64,000 bases of DNA from Nannocystis bainbridge (GTDB taxonomy: Bacteria; Myxococcota_A; Polyangia; Nannocystales; Nannocystaceae), in assembly GCF_028368995.1 (NCBI RefSeq), contig NZ_JAQNDL010000003.1, positions 544,001-608,000 of the forward strand. The letters are read 5' to 3'. The position numbers and the translations under genes are program-made. The notes below the pieces were generated by a model. The model saw nothing but the letters and a program-made list of their open reading frames with translations, was not told the origin of the DNA and did no database searches. Within the stretch, counting starts at the first letter, position 1, and every line of letters begins with the position of its first letter. Positions 1-10,785 of the stretch are shown here, piece after piece.

Positions 1-221
1 AGCGCGATCGTCTGCGAGCGGCCGTAGCCGGCGCGGCTGTACACCAGCGCCCCGCAGCCGGTCGCCGCGACCAGCCGCTCGGGGAAATCGCGCCACAGGC
101 TCACGCAGCCGAGCCCCTCGTGCAGCAGCACCAGCGTCGGCGCCTCGGCCGGCCCGGGCCCGACCCACCGGTACTCGAGCCGCTGCCCTGCCGCCGTCAG
201 ATAGCCTGTCTCTTGCGACAT
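1..221 (-). CDS. Alpha/beta-fold hydrolase, N-terminal part (runs off the window edge)
   Basis: Manual translation of the minus strand from ATG at 221: MSQETGYLTAAGQRLEYRWVGPGPAEAPTLVLLHEGLGCVSLWRDFPERLVAATGCGALVYSRAGYGRS. The LLHEGLG and YSRxGYGRS motifs are typical of alpha/beta hydrolases. Confidence 0.85.
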   Translation of the reverse strand, partial: MSQETGYLTAAGQRLEYRWVGPGPAEAPTLVLLHEGLGCVSLWRDFPERLVAATGCGALVYSRAGYGRSQTIA

Positions 222-253
222 GCCTGATTCAACATGTCCTTCCAGACATACCC
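216..253. repeat. 14-bp-pitch decamer array (3 units)
   Basis: Cores CATG 219, CATG 233, CATA 247. The first core is the start codon of the hydrolase. Confidence 0.75.
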
Positions 254-289
254 ATCACACCGAACTCGGCAGTCTCTCGCGCCATGTCT

Positions 290-1225
290 TCAGAGCAGCT
301 GCCCGTGGTGCGGCTGGGCCGGCTCGGGCAGCTCGGTTTCGCCGAGGCGCTGGCGCAGGTCGAGCTCGATCGTGCGGCACAGCGCCGACAGCGGCAGGTC
401 GTTGGGATCGCTGCCGAACGGATCTTGGATCTCCTCGCCGAGCGCGTCGAGCCCGTAGAACGCGTACGACATCATCACCACCACCACCGGTGTCATCAGC
501 CCCAGCGGCAGCAGCACCCCGAACGGCAGCGCGTAGCAGTAGGCGCCGATGATGTGGCGCAGCAGCACCTGATAGGCGAACGGGATCGGCGTATTGGCGA
601 TCCGCTCGCACCCGCCCTGCACGTCGGTCAGCGCCGTCAGCGTCTGGTGCAGCAGGCTCAGGTGCATCGGATGGATGAGCTCGGCGCGATAGGCCTCGTC
701 GAGCTGCTCCGCCATCCGCTGGACCAGCGCATTGGGTCGGTTGCGCTCGGTCTTTATCTGCTCGAGCTCGCTGGCCGACATGAACGGCGCGAGGTCGGTC
801 ACCATCGTCTCCTCGCCGCGCAGCCGCATCCGCAGCGCGTGCGGGAACGCCATCACCAGGTAGATCAGGCGCCGGCGCCGCTCCAGCACCGCCGCGCCGT
901 CCCCCGCGCCGACCAGCGTCTGCACCTGGCGCGCCAGCGTCCTGCAGGTATTGACCAGTTGGCCCCACAGCCGCCGGCCCTCCCAGTAGCGGTCGTAGGC
1001 CGTGTTGATGCGGAAGCCGAGGAAGATGCTGAGGACGAAGCCGATCAGCGTAAACGGCAGCGGCGTCACGTCGCGGCCGTCGAGCCAGCCGTAGCGCATG
1101 TGGCCCAGCGTCATCACCAGGGCGAACGTCCCGTTGAACGTCAGGCGCCGCCAGATCCGCGACAGCGTCGTCCCGCGGGCCGCGAACATGAAATACAGCC
1201 AGGACCCCCTGGTCGTGACGATCAT
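290..1225 (-). CDS. Bestrophin family (YneE/UPF0187-like) membrane channel
   Basis: Motifs [33 protein letters not shown] and [15 protein letters not shown]. Start taken at MIVTTRG; the ORF extends to 1264. Confidence 0.9.
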   Translation of the reverse strand: MIVTTRGSWLYFMFAARGTTLSRIWRRLTFNGTFALVMTLGHMRYGWLDGRDVTPLPFTLIGFVLSIFLGFRINTAYDRYWEGRRLWGQLVNTCRTLARQVQTLVGAGDGAAVLERRRRLIYLVMAFPHALRMRLRGEETMVTDLAPFMSASELEQIKTERNRPNALVQRMAEQLDEAYRAELIHPMHLSLLHQTLTALTDVQGGCERIANTPIPFAYQVLLRHIIGAYCYALPFGVLLPLGLMTPVVVVMMSYAFYGLDALGEEIQDPFGSDPNDLPLSALCRTIELDLRQRLGETELPEPAQPHHGQLL

Positions 1226-1306
1226 CCGCGGCGAAGGTAGCCGTTCGGCGCCCGAAAGATCCACGCCGCGTGACGCGCGGCCGCGCCCTCGCTACCCTCC
1301 GCGGGC

Positions 1307-3286
1307 ATGCCGGCTCACGACCGCCCCGTCGCCCGCGAAGACCTCGCCGCCGCCCTCGACATCCTCGGCAAGCGGCACCTCGTGCTCTCGATCCACGACG
1401 TCTCGTTTCCCGGGCGCGACGACGAAGATCTCGGGCGCGGCTCGCCGTACAGCGGCGGCGGTCGGGCCTTCCTCGGCTTCGTGCGCCAGCTCGGGTTCAC
1501 CGGCGTGCAGCTCGGCCCGCAGGGACAGACCTCGCGCTACAACCCCTCGCCGTACGACGGCGCCCTGTTCGCCCGCGACATCCTCTCGATCGCCCTGCGC
1601 CCGCTCGCCGACGACCCCGCCTACGGCAACGTCCTCCCGCGCGGCGACCTCGACGACCTCCTGCGCGGACGGCCGGCGCGGCCTCGCCAGGGGATCACCG
1701 AACAGGCCGACTACGCCGCCGTGTGGCCGCGCCAGCTGGCCGCGCTCGCCAGCGCCTGGCACGGCTTCAGCCGTCGCCGCGCCGCCGGCGATCCGTCGGT
1801 CGCCGACCTCGCCGCCGCCTTCGACGGGTTCGTCGGCGAGCACGCCGGCTGGCTCGCGCCGGCCGGGCTGTACGAGGTCCTGTCGACCGCCTACCGGACC
1901 GGAGGGACATGGTCCGGAGCACATGGTCTTCGGGTCAGCTTCGACGGATCGCACTGGAGGAGCTGGCCGCGAGACCAGGAACTTTGGGTCAGCAAGAGCG
2001 CGCACGCGACGGCGCGGCGGGCCGGCCTGTCGCGGACCTACGCGCGCGAGCTCGAGTTCCTCGCCTTCTGCCAGCTGCTCGCAGCCCGCCAGCACGCCGC
2101 CCTGCGCGCCGAGCTGGCCGCGCGGCCGGGCCTGCCGGCCCTGCGGCTGTTCGGCGATCTCCAGGTGGGGATCTCCGTCGCCGACACCTGGGCGCTGCAC
2201 GACCTGTTCTTGCCCGGCTATGCGATGGGCGCGCCGCCGAGCCGCACCAACCCCGACGGCCAGCCGTGGGGCTACCCGGTGCTCGACCCGCGGCTCTACC
2301 ACGGGTCTGGCGGCCTCGGCCCGGCGCTGCGGCTGGTGGCCGCGCGCACCGACGCGATGCTGCGCGACTACGACGGCCTGCGCGTCGACCACCCGCACGG
2401 CCTGGTGTGCCCGTGGGTCTACCGCACCGACGAGCTCGACGCCTACCGCGCCGTCCAGGGCGGCGCGCGCCTGTTCGAATCGCCATGTCTCTCGGACCAT
2501 CCGCGCCTCGCCCCGTACGCGATCGCGCGCGAAGACCAGCTCGACCAGGCCCTGCCGCGCCACGCCGACCGGTGGGTCCGCGCGCTCGACGACGACCAGG
2601 TCACCCGCTACGGCGCCCAGCTCGACGTCGTCCTCGGCGCCGCGCAGGCGCACGGCCGCGCGCTCGAGGACGTGTTGTGCGAAGTCCTCAGCACCCAGCC
2701 CTACCCGCTGCAGCGGGTGCTCGAGGGCCACGGCCTGGGCCGCTTCCGGGTCACGCAAAAGGCCAACCTGACCGACCCGAACGACGTTTATCGCAGCGAG
2801 AACGCCCGCCCCGAGGACTGGGTGATGCTCGGCAACCACGACACCCCGCCGATCTGGCGCCTCGCGGCCTCATGGCACGGGACCCCGCTCGCAGCCGCGC
2901 AGGCCGAGTACTTGTGCGGACGTCTGGGGTCGCGCAGCGACGACGACCCATTGCGCGCGCGCATGCTCGCCGACCCCGCCGCCCTCGTGCACGCCAAGTT
3001 CGCCGACCTGCTGGTGTGCCCCGCGCGCCAAGTGGCCGTGTTCATGAGCGACTTGTTCGGCGCCCACGACATCTACAACGCCCCCGGCGTGGTCGATCCG
3101 GACAACTGGACCCTGCGCCTGCGACCCGGCTGCGAGGCCGCGTACTGGCCGGCAGCGGCCCGCGGAGCGGCGCTCGACCTCGGGTGGGCCCTGGCGATCG
3201 CGCTGCGGTCGCGCGGCCCCGCTTGCGCGTCCGAGCACGCCGAACTGATCGCCAGGCTCGAGCGCGGCCTCGGGCGGCCGTGCTAG
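1307..3286 (+). CDS. malQ: 4-alpha-glucanotransferase (amylomaltase, GH77)
   Basis: Motifs [16 protein letters not shown]...[17 protein letters not shown] and GNHDTP. Confidence 0.85.
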   Translation: MPAHDRPVAREDLAAALDILGKRHLVLSIHDVSFPGRDDEDLGRGSPYSGGGRAFLGFVRQLGFTGVQLGPQGQTSRYNPSPYDGALFARDILSIALRPLADDPAYGNVLPRGDLDDLLRGRPARPRQGITEQADYAAVWPRQLAALASAWHGFSRRRAAGDPSVADLAAAFDGFVGEHAGWLAPAGLYEVLSTAYRTGGTWSGAHGLRVSFDGSHWRSWPRDQELWVSKSAHATARRAGLSRTYARELEFLAFCQLLAARQHAALRAELAARPGLPALRLFGDLQVGISVADTWALHDLFLPGYAMGAPPSRTNPDGQPWGYPVLDPRLYHGSGGLGPALRLVAARTDAMLRDYDGLRVDHPHGLVCPWVYRTDELDAYRAVQGGARLFESPCLSDHPRLAPYAIAREDQLDQALPRHADRWVRALDDDQVTRYGAQLDVVLGAAQAHGRALEDVLCEVLSTQPYPLQRVLEGHGLGRFRVTQKANLTDPNDVYRSENARPEDWVMLGNHDTPPIWRLAASWHGTPLAAAQAEYLCGRLGSRSDDDPLRARMLADPAALVHAKFADLLVCPARQVAVFMSDLFGAHDIYNAPGVVDPDNWTLRLRPGCEAAYWPAAARGAALDLGWALAIALRSRGPACASEHAELIARLERGLGRPC

Positions 3287-3307
3287 CCTGCAAGCGGCTC
3301 CCCCGCC

Positions 3308-6300
3308 ATGAAGCTCCCCGTGCAGGTGCAAGCGCCGCCTGAGCAGCCGCGCACCGAAGTCGGCCTGCCGCGCGCGGCCGGCGAACGTATCCGCGAGACC
3401 ATGGCGGTGGCGATCCAATTCGCCAACACGGCGATCCTGCCGGACCTCGCGCTGTCGCCGACGATGAGCACGCCGCCCGAAGAAGGCGGCATGGAGCGAA
3501 CCGGTCCGCAGCCGCCGCCGGCGACTGCATTGACGGGCCAGGTCGGCCCGTACCGGATCTTGCGGCCGCTCGGGGCCGGCGGCATGGGGGCCGTGTACGA
3601 GGCGACCGATACGCGCACGGGCCAGCGCGTGGCCGTCAAGTCGCTGCTGCGCATGGGCCCGTCGGAGCTTCACCGCTTCAAGTACGAGTTCCGCAGCATG
3701 GCCGAGGTCGGTCACCCGAACCTCGTCACGCTCTACGAGCTGCACTCGCAGAGCGACCTGTGGCTCATCACCATGGAGTACGTCGGCGGCGTCGACCTGT
3801 GCACGGCGCTCCGCGCCCTCGTGCGCGCGCCCGACAGCGACCGCCGGCTGCGCGCGCTGATCCGCCAGCTCGTCCTCGGCGTCACCGCGCTGCATGAGCA
3901 GGGCCTGCTGCACCGCGACCTCAAGCCCTCGAACGTGCTCGTCACCTCGGGCGGCCGCGTCGTCATCCTCGACTTCGGCCTGGTCGCCGCGATCACTCGC
4001 ACCAACAGCAACGAGACCCCGGCGGGCACTCCTCTTTACATGTCGCCCGAGCAGTGCGCCGGCCAGCTCGCGACCCCCGCGAGCGACTGGTACGCCGTCG
4101 GCGTGATGCTCTACGAGGCGCTGACCGGCAAGCTGCCGTTCACCGGCGGCTACGCCCAGATCTTCCTCGCCAAGCAGTGCGAGGAGCCGGCCCCGCCGCG
4201 CGGCCCCGGCCTGCCCGACGACCTCGCGGCGCTGATCTCCGAGCTGCTGCGCCGCGACCCCGAGAAGCGCGCCTCCGGGGCCAAGCTGCTGGCGTGGTGC
4301 GGCGGCGCGGCGCTGTCGCCGGCGCCGGCGATGGCCAGCAGCTCGATCCTGTTCGGTCGCAAGGCCGAGCTCGACGCGCTCGACGAGGGCCTCGCCGCCG
4401 CCGCCCGCGGCCGCACCGCCTGCGTCTACCTGCGCGGTCAACCCGGCGTCGGCAAGACCGGCCTCGTCCACGGCTTCCTCGGCGCCCTCCAGCCACGCGG
4501 CGACGTCGTCGCCCTCACCGCTCGCTGCTACCAGCACGAGACCGTCCCCTTCAAGGCCTTCGACAGCCTCGTCGACGCCCTCGCCGATCACCTCGGCGCG
4601 CTCGAGCCGTTCGAACTCACCCCGCTGCTCGGCACCCACACCGGCGAGCTCGCGCGCGTGTTCCCGGTGCTGCAGCGCGTGTCCGCCGTGCGCGAGCTGG
4701 CCCAGAGCGCCCGCGCCGGCGTGTCCGACCAGGAGTCGCGGCGCAAGGCCTTCGCCGCGCTCAAGCGCCTGCTCGCCGCCCTGGCCGCGCGCCGCCGGCT
4801 GGTCCTGTTCCTCGACGATTTCCACTGGAGCGACGCCGACAGCGTGCGCCTGCTGTCCGAGCTGCTGGCCCCGCCCGAAGCCCCGGCGCTGCTGCTGGTC
4901 GTCGCCTATCACACCGAGTGGCCCGGCTCGCCGCTGGTCCGCCACGAGTTCGAGCGCCTGCAGCTACGCGTCCTGCCCGAGCTCCACGTCGCCCGCCTCG
5001 ACGTCGGCCGCCTCGACGAGCGCGACGCCCACGCCGCCGCGCGCGCCCTGCTGGTCGCCGCCGGCCTGCCGCCCGAGCCGTGGGCCGCCGCGATCGCCGA
5101 CGAGGCCCGCGGCGACTCCTACGTGCTCGAGGCCCTCGTCCACGAGCTCACCCACGCCGACCTCGCCACCCTCACGCCCGAGTCCCTGTCCTTCGAGACA
5201 TGTCTCCAGACGCGGGTCGACAACCTCTTCCCCGGCGACCGCGCCGCGCTCGAGCTGGTGGCCGCCGCCGGCGCCCCGCTGCCGACCGGCCTGCTCGCGC
5301 GCTCGCTCGGCGACCCTTCCGACATCCACGCCCGCCTGGCCCGCCTGCACGCCACCCGCCTGGTCCAGCTCGGCCGCCGCAACCACGCGCCCAGCGTCGA
5401 GCCGCTGCATGACCGCGGCCGCGCTCTGGTCGTGCGCGCCTTCTCGCCCGACCGCGCCCGCCAGCTGCACCGCCTGCTCGCCGACACCGCGCTGCAGCTC
5501 GGCCGCCCCGACGCCGAGTTCATGGCCCGTCACCTGTTCGCCGCCGGCGACCGCGAGCGCGCGGCCACCTACGCCGAGCGGGCCGGCAAGGCCGCCGCCG
5601 ACGCCCTCGCCTTCGCCCGCGCCGCCGAGCTGCATGAGCTGGCCCTGCGCTGCACCCCCGAGTCGTGGCCGCGCATGGTCGCCTGCGCCCGCGCCAAGGT
5701 CGACGCCGGCCTCGGCCTCGAGGCCGCGCCGATCTTCCTCCGCGCCGCCGAAAAGGCCCCGCCGGGCCAGCGCGCCGAGCTGCGCGTCCGCGCCTGCGAG
5801 CAGTACTTCGCGGTCGGCGAGACGGCCCGCGGCGAGGCTGTCCTCAAGGACCTGCTCGAAGGGACAGGCTTCTCCGACCCCGGCAGCGGCGAGGTCCTGG
5901 CCGCCGCCTTCCAGACCGAGGTCGCCGCGCTGCTCGGCGGCGCCGAGCCGGACATGTCTTACGGGACAGGTTCCGAACCGGCCGCGCAGTCCGACGCGCT
6001 GTGGGCCGCCGCCAAGGGCCTGTTCATCCACAGCCCGGTGCGCTCGGCCTACTTCGCCGCCCGCAGCGCCGCGATCGCCCGCGCCGTCGGCGACGAGGCC
6101 CGCCACGTCCGCGGCATGGTCATCGTCCGCGCGCTGTGGGCCGCCGCCGGCGACTCCGCTGCCTTGACCCGCCTGCGCGGCATCATCGACGACTACCTGC
6201 GCCGCCGCGACGATCCCTACATCGTCGGCCTCTCGGTCCTGTTCGACGGCATCTCCGCCGTCAGCCGCGGCCGCTGGGCCGACGCCATGCGCGACCTCGA

Positions 6301-7138
6301 GTTCGGCATCACCCACCTGCGCCAGCGCTGCACCAACATCGCCTGGGAGTGCAACTTCGGCGCCGTCATGCTCATGAGCTTGCTCGAGTCGCGCGGCGAG
6401 CTGCGGGCCATCGCCCTGCGCAGCGCCGTCATGAGCGAGCAGGCCCAGCAGACCGGCGACTCGATGGTCGAGTTCGTCGCCGCCTACTACAGCGCCCTCG
6501 TCCTGCTCGCCGCCGACGCCCCCTCCGACGCGCGCGAGGTCGTCGCCCGCGCCGTCCGCCTCGGCAACGTCGCCGCCGGTTCGGCCGCCGGCCTGCGCGC
6601 CTCGATGATTGAGGCCCTCTGCGCCCAGTACGCCGGCGAGATCGCCATCGCCTGGACCGAGGTCGAGCGCGTCACCGCCCTGCTCGCTGCCGGCGGCGCC
6701 GCCTTCACCAAGAACCAGCGCGCCAACTTCATCAGTCTCCACGGACAGGTCGCATTGGCCATGGCCGAACGGTCAGGTACCGGCGACGCCCGCGAGCCCT
6801 ACCTGGCCGCCGCCGCCGCCGACGCCGACGCCCTCAAGCAGATCGGCAACGCCGGCGCGCTCGCCTCCGCCGCCCTCCTCGACGCCGCCGCCCTGGCCCT
6901 CCGCGCCGCCGCCGCCCCCACCGTCGTCGAGGCCCTGCACGCCGCCGCCGAGGCCTTCGACGCCGCCGACATGCCGCTCGCCGCCGCCGCCGCCCGCCTC
7001 CGCCTCGGCACCTGGATCGGCGGATCCGAAGGCGAGCAGATGATCGCCCGCAGCGAAGCCTTCATGCGCCTGCAAGCGATCGCCTGCCCGGCCCGGTGGG
7101 TCATCACCAACACCCCCGGCCTGTCCCCGCCGCTGTGA
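3308..7138 (+). CDS. Ser/Thr protein kinase fused to a P-loop AAA ATPase and a TPR-like helical region
   Basis: Kinase motifs [36 protein letters not shown]. Walker A GQPGVGKT and Walker B-like LFLDDFHW. The true start may be later (about 3464-3491). Confidence 0.92.
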   Translation: MKLPVQVQAPPEQPRTEVGLPRAAGERIRETMAVAIQFANTAILPDLALSPTMSTPPEEGGMERTGPQPPPATALTGQVGPYRILRPLGAGGMGAVYEATDTRTGQRVAVKSLLRMGPSELHRFKYEFRSMAEVGHPNLVTLYELHSQSDLWLITMEYVGGVDLCTALRALVRAPDSDRRLRALIRQLVLGVTALHEQGLLHRDLKPSNVLVTSGGRVVILDFGLVAAITRTNSNETPAGTPLYMSPEQCAGQLATPASDWYAVGVMLYEALTGKLPFTGGYAQIFLAKQCEEPAPPRGPGLPDDLAALISELLRRDPEKRASGAKLLAWCGGAALSPAPAMASSSILFGRKAELDALDEGLAAAARGRTACVYLRGQPGVGKTGLVHGFLGALQPRGDVVALTARCYQHETVPFKAFDSLVDALADHLGALEPFELTPLLGTHTGELARVFPVLQRVSAVRELAQSARAGVSDQESRRKAFAALKRLLAALAARRRLVLFLDDFHWSDADSVRLLSELLAPPEAPALLLVVAYHTEWPGSPLVRHEFERLQLRVLPELHVARLDVGRLDERDAHAAARALLVAAGLPPEPWAAAIADEARGDSYVLEALVHELTHADLATLTPESLSFETCLQTRVDNLFPGDRAALELVAAAGAPLPTGLLARSLGDPSDIHARLARLHATRLVQLGRRNHAPSVEPLHDRGRALVVRAFSPDRARQLHRLLADTALQLGRPDAEFMARHLFAAGDRERAATYAERAGKAAADALAFARAAELHELALRCTPESWPRMVACARAKVDAGLGLEAAPIFLRAAEKAPPGQRAELRVRACEQYFAVGETARGEAVLKDLLEGTGFSDPGSGEVLAAAFQTEVAALLGGAEPDMSYGTGSEPAAQSDALWAAAKGLFIHSPVRSAYFAARSAAIARAVGDEARHVRGMVIVRALWAAAGDSAALTRLRGIIDDYLRRRDDPYIVGLSVLFDGISAVSRGRWADAMRDLEFGITHLRQRCTNIAWECNFGAVMLMSLLESRGELRAIALRSAVMSEQAQQTGDSMVEFVAAYYSALVLLAADAPSDAREVVARAVRLGNVAAGSAAGLRASMIEALCAQYAGEIAIAWTEVERVTALLAAGGAAFTKNQRANFISLHGQVALAMAERSGTGDAREPYLAAAAADADALKQIGNAGALASAALLDAAALALRAAAAPTVVEALHAAAEAFDAADMPLAAAAARLRLGTWIGGSEGEQMIARSEAFMRLQAIACPARWVITNTPGLSPPL

Positions 7139-7147
7139 CATCGGCAA

Positions 7148-7171
7148 GGACATGTCCCGAAGGACATGTCA
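7148..7171. repeat. 14-bp-pitch decamer pair GGACATGTCC-CGAA-GGACATGTCA
   Basis: CATG cores at 7151 and 7165, about 10 bp after the kinase stop codon. Confidence 0.85.
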
Positions 7172-7216
7172 CCGTTCGCTTGGCAACCTCGCGCGCCGGC
7201 GATATCGTTGAACGCG

Positions 7217-8752
7217 ATGTCTCCCGCCGAAGCCACGCCGTCGTCGGCGCTGCCCGCCCGCCCCGAGGCGCAGAGTCTTCGCGTCGATGCGCTCGTCCAC
7301 GACATCCTGTCCGGCCGGGTCCGCATCCCGGAAGTTCCCTCGAGTTGGGAGCCGAGCGACGTCCTCGCCCTGCTCGACAGCATGGATCGCGGCTACCCGA
7401 TCGGCATCCTGCTCCTGTGGCAGCGGCCCGCGCCGCCCAAACGGCTCGTCTACGGCAGCGTCACGCTCGACGTCCCTGCCTGCGCCGACGCCTTGTGGGT
7501 CGTCGACGGCCAACAGCGCCTCCTCGCGCTGCTGCGGGTCTTCGCGGGCGCCGGTCGTCCCACGGAGTCGTACGCGGTGTCCTACGACCTCGAACGAGCC
7601 ACATTCGAGCGGACGCACGGCGACTTCGACCCGCACGCCCTCCCGCTCACCGAGGTCCTCGATCCCGCGCGCCTGAACGCCTGGCTGAGCGCGCGCTCGG
7701 TGAGCAGCCGCCACCGACAGGCCGCGCTTCACCTCGGCGAGCGGCTGCGCGAATACACGATCCCGGCATACGTGCTCGGCACCCCTGACGAGACCGTCGT
7801 GTATGACCTCTACCGCCGCGTCAATGCTCCACACCGACGCCTCGCCCACGAAGCCGTGTTCGCAGCGCTCCATCGACGCGGCACCTCGGGGCCCCAGACA
7901 CTCCGAGAGGTCGCCGAAGGTCTGGCGGACCTCGACTTCGGCCCACTCGAAGAACATGTCTTGAAGGGCATGTTCTTCGAGCCATCTCATTCATTGAATG
8001 CGATCGAAGGCGTCATCCGTGCGACCGTCCAGTTCTTGCGGGAAGACGCCGGAATCCCTCACGTCTCGCTCGTCCCGGTCCCGTCGTCCCTCTCCGTCCT
8101 GTCCCGCGTCCTCGCTCGCTTCCCCGCCGCCCATCCGCGCACCCGCGAGCTCCTGTCGCGCTGGCTCTGGCGCGACGCGCTCGCGGGCGCCCGTCACGGT
8201 GACCCCTCGCGGCAGCCAGAACTGAGGGCCATCGAGACCGAAGACGAATACTCGGCCGTCGGGAGCCTGTTGCGCTGCGCCGCGCCTCACCCGGCCGCGG
8301 ACATCTTCCAGGATGGCGTCTTCGACCCCGGCTCGCCGGCTTCGCGGGTTCACCTGCTCGCGCTCCTCGACCTGGGCCCCCGTCACCTCGCCGATGGCAC
8401 GCCCGTCACTCCGGCTCGACCGGCCGACGCCTGCGCCTACCAGCCGCTGATTCGTCCCATCGTCCCCAATCTGCCCGAGGGCGCTCACGAGCTCGACAAC
8501 CTCATATTGCATCCCTCAGGGCTGGACGGGCTCGTCTCCCTCATCATCGCCTGCGAGTCGAGGGAGTTGCTGGCGACCCATGCCATTCCGCTGCCCGCCC
8601 GGGACGCGCTGCAGGCAGGGCACCTCGCGCAGTTCCTCCAGCTCCGCCACGCCGACATCCACACGCAGCTCCGTCGCTTCATCGACCGGCGAGCCCAGTG
8701 GCACGAGGCCGACACTCCGCCCGTCGAGGCGCTCCGGCTCGGAGGCGACTGA
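7217..8752 (+). CDS. DUF262 (GmrSD N-terminal / ParB-like fold) domain protein
   Basis: Motifs LLDSMDRGYPIGILLLW, VVDGQQRL and ..YRRVN. C-terminal NLILHP/LATHAIP segment. Alternative ATG at 7166 lies inside the repeat. Confidence 0.8.
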   Translation: MSPAEATPSSALPARPEAQSLRVDALVHDILSGRVRIPEVPSSWEPSDVLALLDSMDRGYPIGILLLWQRPAPPKRLVYGSVTLDVPACADALWVVDGQQRLLALLRVFAGAGRPTESYAVSYDLERATFERTHGDFDPHALPLTEVLDPARLNAWLSARSVSSRHRQAALHLGERLREYTIPAYVLGTPDETVVYDLYRRVNAPHRRLAHEAVFAALHRRGTSGPQTLREVAEGLADLDFGPLEEHVLKGMFFEPSHSLNAIEGVIRATVQFLREDAGIPHVSLVPVPSSLSVLSRVLARFPAAHPRTRELLSRWLWRDALAGARHGDPSRQPELRAIETEDEYSAVGSLLRCAAPHPAADIFQDGVFDPGSPASRVHLLALLDLGPRHLADGTPVTPARPADACAYQPLIRPIVPNLPEGAHELDNLILHPSGLDGLVSLIIACESRELLATHAIPLPARDALQAGHLAQFLQLRHADIHTQLRRFIDRRAQWHEADTPPVEALRLGGD

Positions 8753-8754
8753 TC

Positions 8755-9987
8755 ATGCGTCTGGCCATCCTGCTCGGTGACATCGACGTCGCCCGCCTCG
8801 TGCGACGCGATGACGGCACCGTCGAGCTCACGTTCCTCGCGGACTACCGCGTGTCGTACCCGCGGCCGGTGCTCGGCCTCCACTACCTCGACAAACTGAC
8901 GCGTCCCCTCCCCTTCACGTCCGGCCTCCCGTCGTTCTTCACCAATCTCTTGCCCGAAGCCGACGGTCCGCTCCGACGCCTCATCGTCCACGCCGCCGGG
9001 ATCCGCGAACATCAGGAGCTCCGCCTCCTCGCCCATCTCGGCGAAGATCTGCCCGGCGCCGTCATTGTCCGCCCGCTCGACAGCTTCGAGGATCACGAGG
9101 CACCGAGCCCCGAGCTCGGCACCACGCCGCCACCGGCCACTGGCAACAAGCTGCGGTTCTCGCTCGCCGGCGTCCAGCTCAAGTATTCGATGGTCCGCCA
9201 CGGCAAGGGGCTCACCTTGCCGGCCAGCGGCCGAGGCGGCGACTGGATCGTCAAGCTGCCCGACGCCGAGTACGAGCGCGTGCCCGAGAACGAGTACGCG
9301 GTCATGAGCTGGGCGCGCGAGAGCGGCATCGAAGTCCCCGAGTTCGACCTCGTCCCTCACGCCGACCTCGTCGGCCTGCCGGACCGCCGCATCGTCCGGG
9401 ACGAGCTCTGCTTCGCCATCCGCCGCTTCGACCGTCTCCCCGGCGACCGCGTCCACATCGAAGATTTCGCCCAGGTCAACGGCGTCCATCCTTTCCGCAA
9501 GTACGACGACGAGCGTCCCGTCGCGGCGCGCCTCAACTTCGAGACGCTGGCCAACCAGATCCTCACCTTTTGCGGTGAAGCCGACCTGCGCCAATTCATC
9601 CTTCGCCTCGTCTTCACCGTCCTGTCCGGCAACGCCGACGCCCACCTCAAGAACTGGTCGCTCATCTATCCTGATGGCCGCACCCCACGTCTGAGCCCCG
9701 CCTACGACCAGGTGGCGACCATCGCCTACATCCCCTCGGATGAACTCGCCCTACCGTTCGCAAACTCTCTATCCTTCGAGACGGCCACTGTCGACGCCTT
9801 CCGCCGCCTCGCCCGCAAGCTCCGCCGCGACCCCGACGAGATGGAGCGATGGGTCACCGAGGACGTGGAGCGCATCATGGACGCCTGGACCACCCACGCT
9901 GCCGGCCTCCCGCTCCCCCTGGAAGCCCGCTTCGCCCTCGACCAGCACCACAAGCGTCTGCGCGCCACAGGAACCTTGCTCAAGTAA
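8755..9987 (+). CDS. hipA: HipA-family kinase toxin (N-terminal couple domain plus kinase domain)
   Basis: Motifs FFTNLLPE, GEDLPGAV, SLAGVQLK, WIVKLP, ENE, RRFDR, HIEDFAQ, GNADAHLKNWSL, LSPAYD. GGAGG RBS at 8741; ATG 2 bp after the DUF262 stop. Confidence 0.92.
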   Translation: MRLAILLGDIDVARLVRRDDGTVELTFLADYRVSYPRPVLGLHYLDKLTRPLPFTSGLPSFFTNLLPEADGPLRRLIVHAAGIREHQELRLLAHLGEDLPGAVIVRPLDSFEDHEAPSPELGTTPPPATGNKLRFSLAGVQLKYSMVRHGKGLTLPASGRGGDWIVKLPDAEYERVPENEYAVMSWARESGIEVPEFDLVPHADLVGLPDRRIVRDELCFAIRRFDRLPGDRVHIEDFAQVNGVHPFRKYDDERPVAARLNFETLANQILTFCGEADLRQFILRLVFTVLSGNADAHLKNWSLIYPDGRTPRLSPAYDQVATIAYIPSDELALPFANSLSFETATVDAFRRLARKLRRDPDEMERWVTEDVERIMDAWTTHAAGLPLPLEARFALDQHHKRLRATGTLLK

Positions 9988-9998
9988 GTTGCCCCGAG

Positions 9999-10022
9999 GG
10001 ACATGCCCGCTCGGACATGCCC
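9999..10022. repeat. 14-bp-pitch decamer pair between convergent genes
   Basis: GGACATGCCC-GCTC-GGACATGCCC, cores at 10002 and 10016. Confidence 0.85.
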
Positions 10023-10035
10023 CTCGCGCCAGCCC

Positions 10036-10785
10036 TCACAGCACGAACGGGATCACCGCTTTGCGGCTCGCCGGGTACTCGGGGAACTTCTGCTTGTACC
10101 ACTTGTGGTGCGCCACCGCCCGCGGCACCAGGTTGGCCGCCGTGAACACCGCGAACGACAGCCCGGCGACCGACCAGGTGGCGATCGCCCAGCCCGTCCA
10201 CTCGAGCAGCTCGCCGAAGTAGTTCGGGCACGAGATCAGCTCGTAGAGCCCGCCGCGGGGAATTTTGTAGCCCTTCTCGCCCGGCTTGCGCAGGCTGGCC
10301 AGGACCGCGTCGGCGCGGCGGTTGATGCGGTAGCCGAGCACGAACAGCCCGACCCCGATCCACAGCCGCGGGTCCAGCAGCCACGACAGCTCGTAGCGGC
10401 CGAACTCGCCGATCCAGCGCGCGTTCACGTAGGCGTTGACGAGGTTGAACACGAACCCCATCGCCACCACCGTGACCGGCGTGTGGCCGCCCGGGCGGAT
10501 CTTCAGCGGGAAGATGAACGCCCGCTGGATGTAGTGCGACTGCCACAGCACCAGCAGCAGCAGCGGCACCAGGCTCCACGCACCGGCGAAGAACACCGCC
10601 AGAAACCACAGCACCGACGGCGACTCCATCACCATCCACGCCAGCCGCGTGTCCATCTGCGGCCCCCACCCCTCGCGCGCGTGGCGACCGTACGGCGCGA
10701 CGATGAACAGCAGCGCCGGCACCGTCAGCGCGGCGACGAGGAACACTCCCTGGACCAGCAGCGTGTGAAACTCGAGCTCCGACAT
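10036..10785 (-). CDS. 3-oxo-5-alpha-steroid 4-dehydrogenase (SRD5A/DET2-like) family membrane reductase
   Basis: Motifs APYGRH, AWMVMESP, HYIQR, YKIPRGGLYELISCPNYFGELLEWTGWA, NLVPRAVAHHKWY...YPASRKAVIPF. Confidence 0.9.
   Translation of the reverse strand: MSELEFHTLLVQGVFLVAALTVPALLFIVAPYGRHAREGWGPQMDTRLAWMVMESPSVLWFLAVFFAGAWSLVPLLLLVLWQSHYIQRAFIFPLKIRPGGHTPVTVVAMGFVFNLVNAYVNARWIGEFGRYELSWLLDPRLWIGVGLFVLGYRINRRADAVLASLRKPGEKGYKIPRGGLYELISCPNYFGELLEWTGWAIATWSVAGLSFAVFTAANLVPRAVAHHKWYKQKFPEYPASRKAVIPFVL

Noticed and set aside
7190-7216. Short similarity (APAISLNA in translation) to about 11123-11148 at the esterase 3' end, as a possible att or target duplication
   Set aside because: Only about 25 bp with several mismatches in GC-rich DNA, and no integrase nearby; probably chance.
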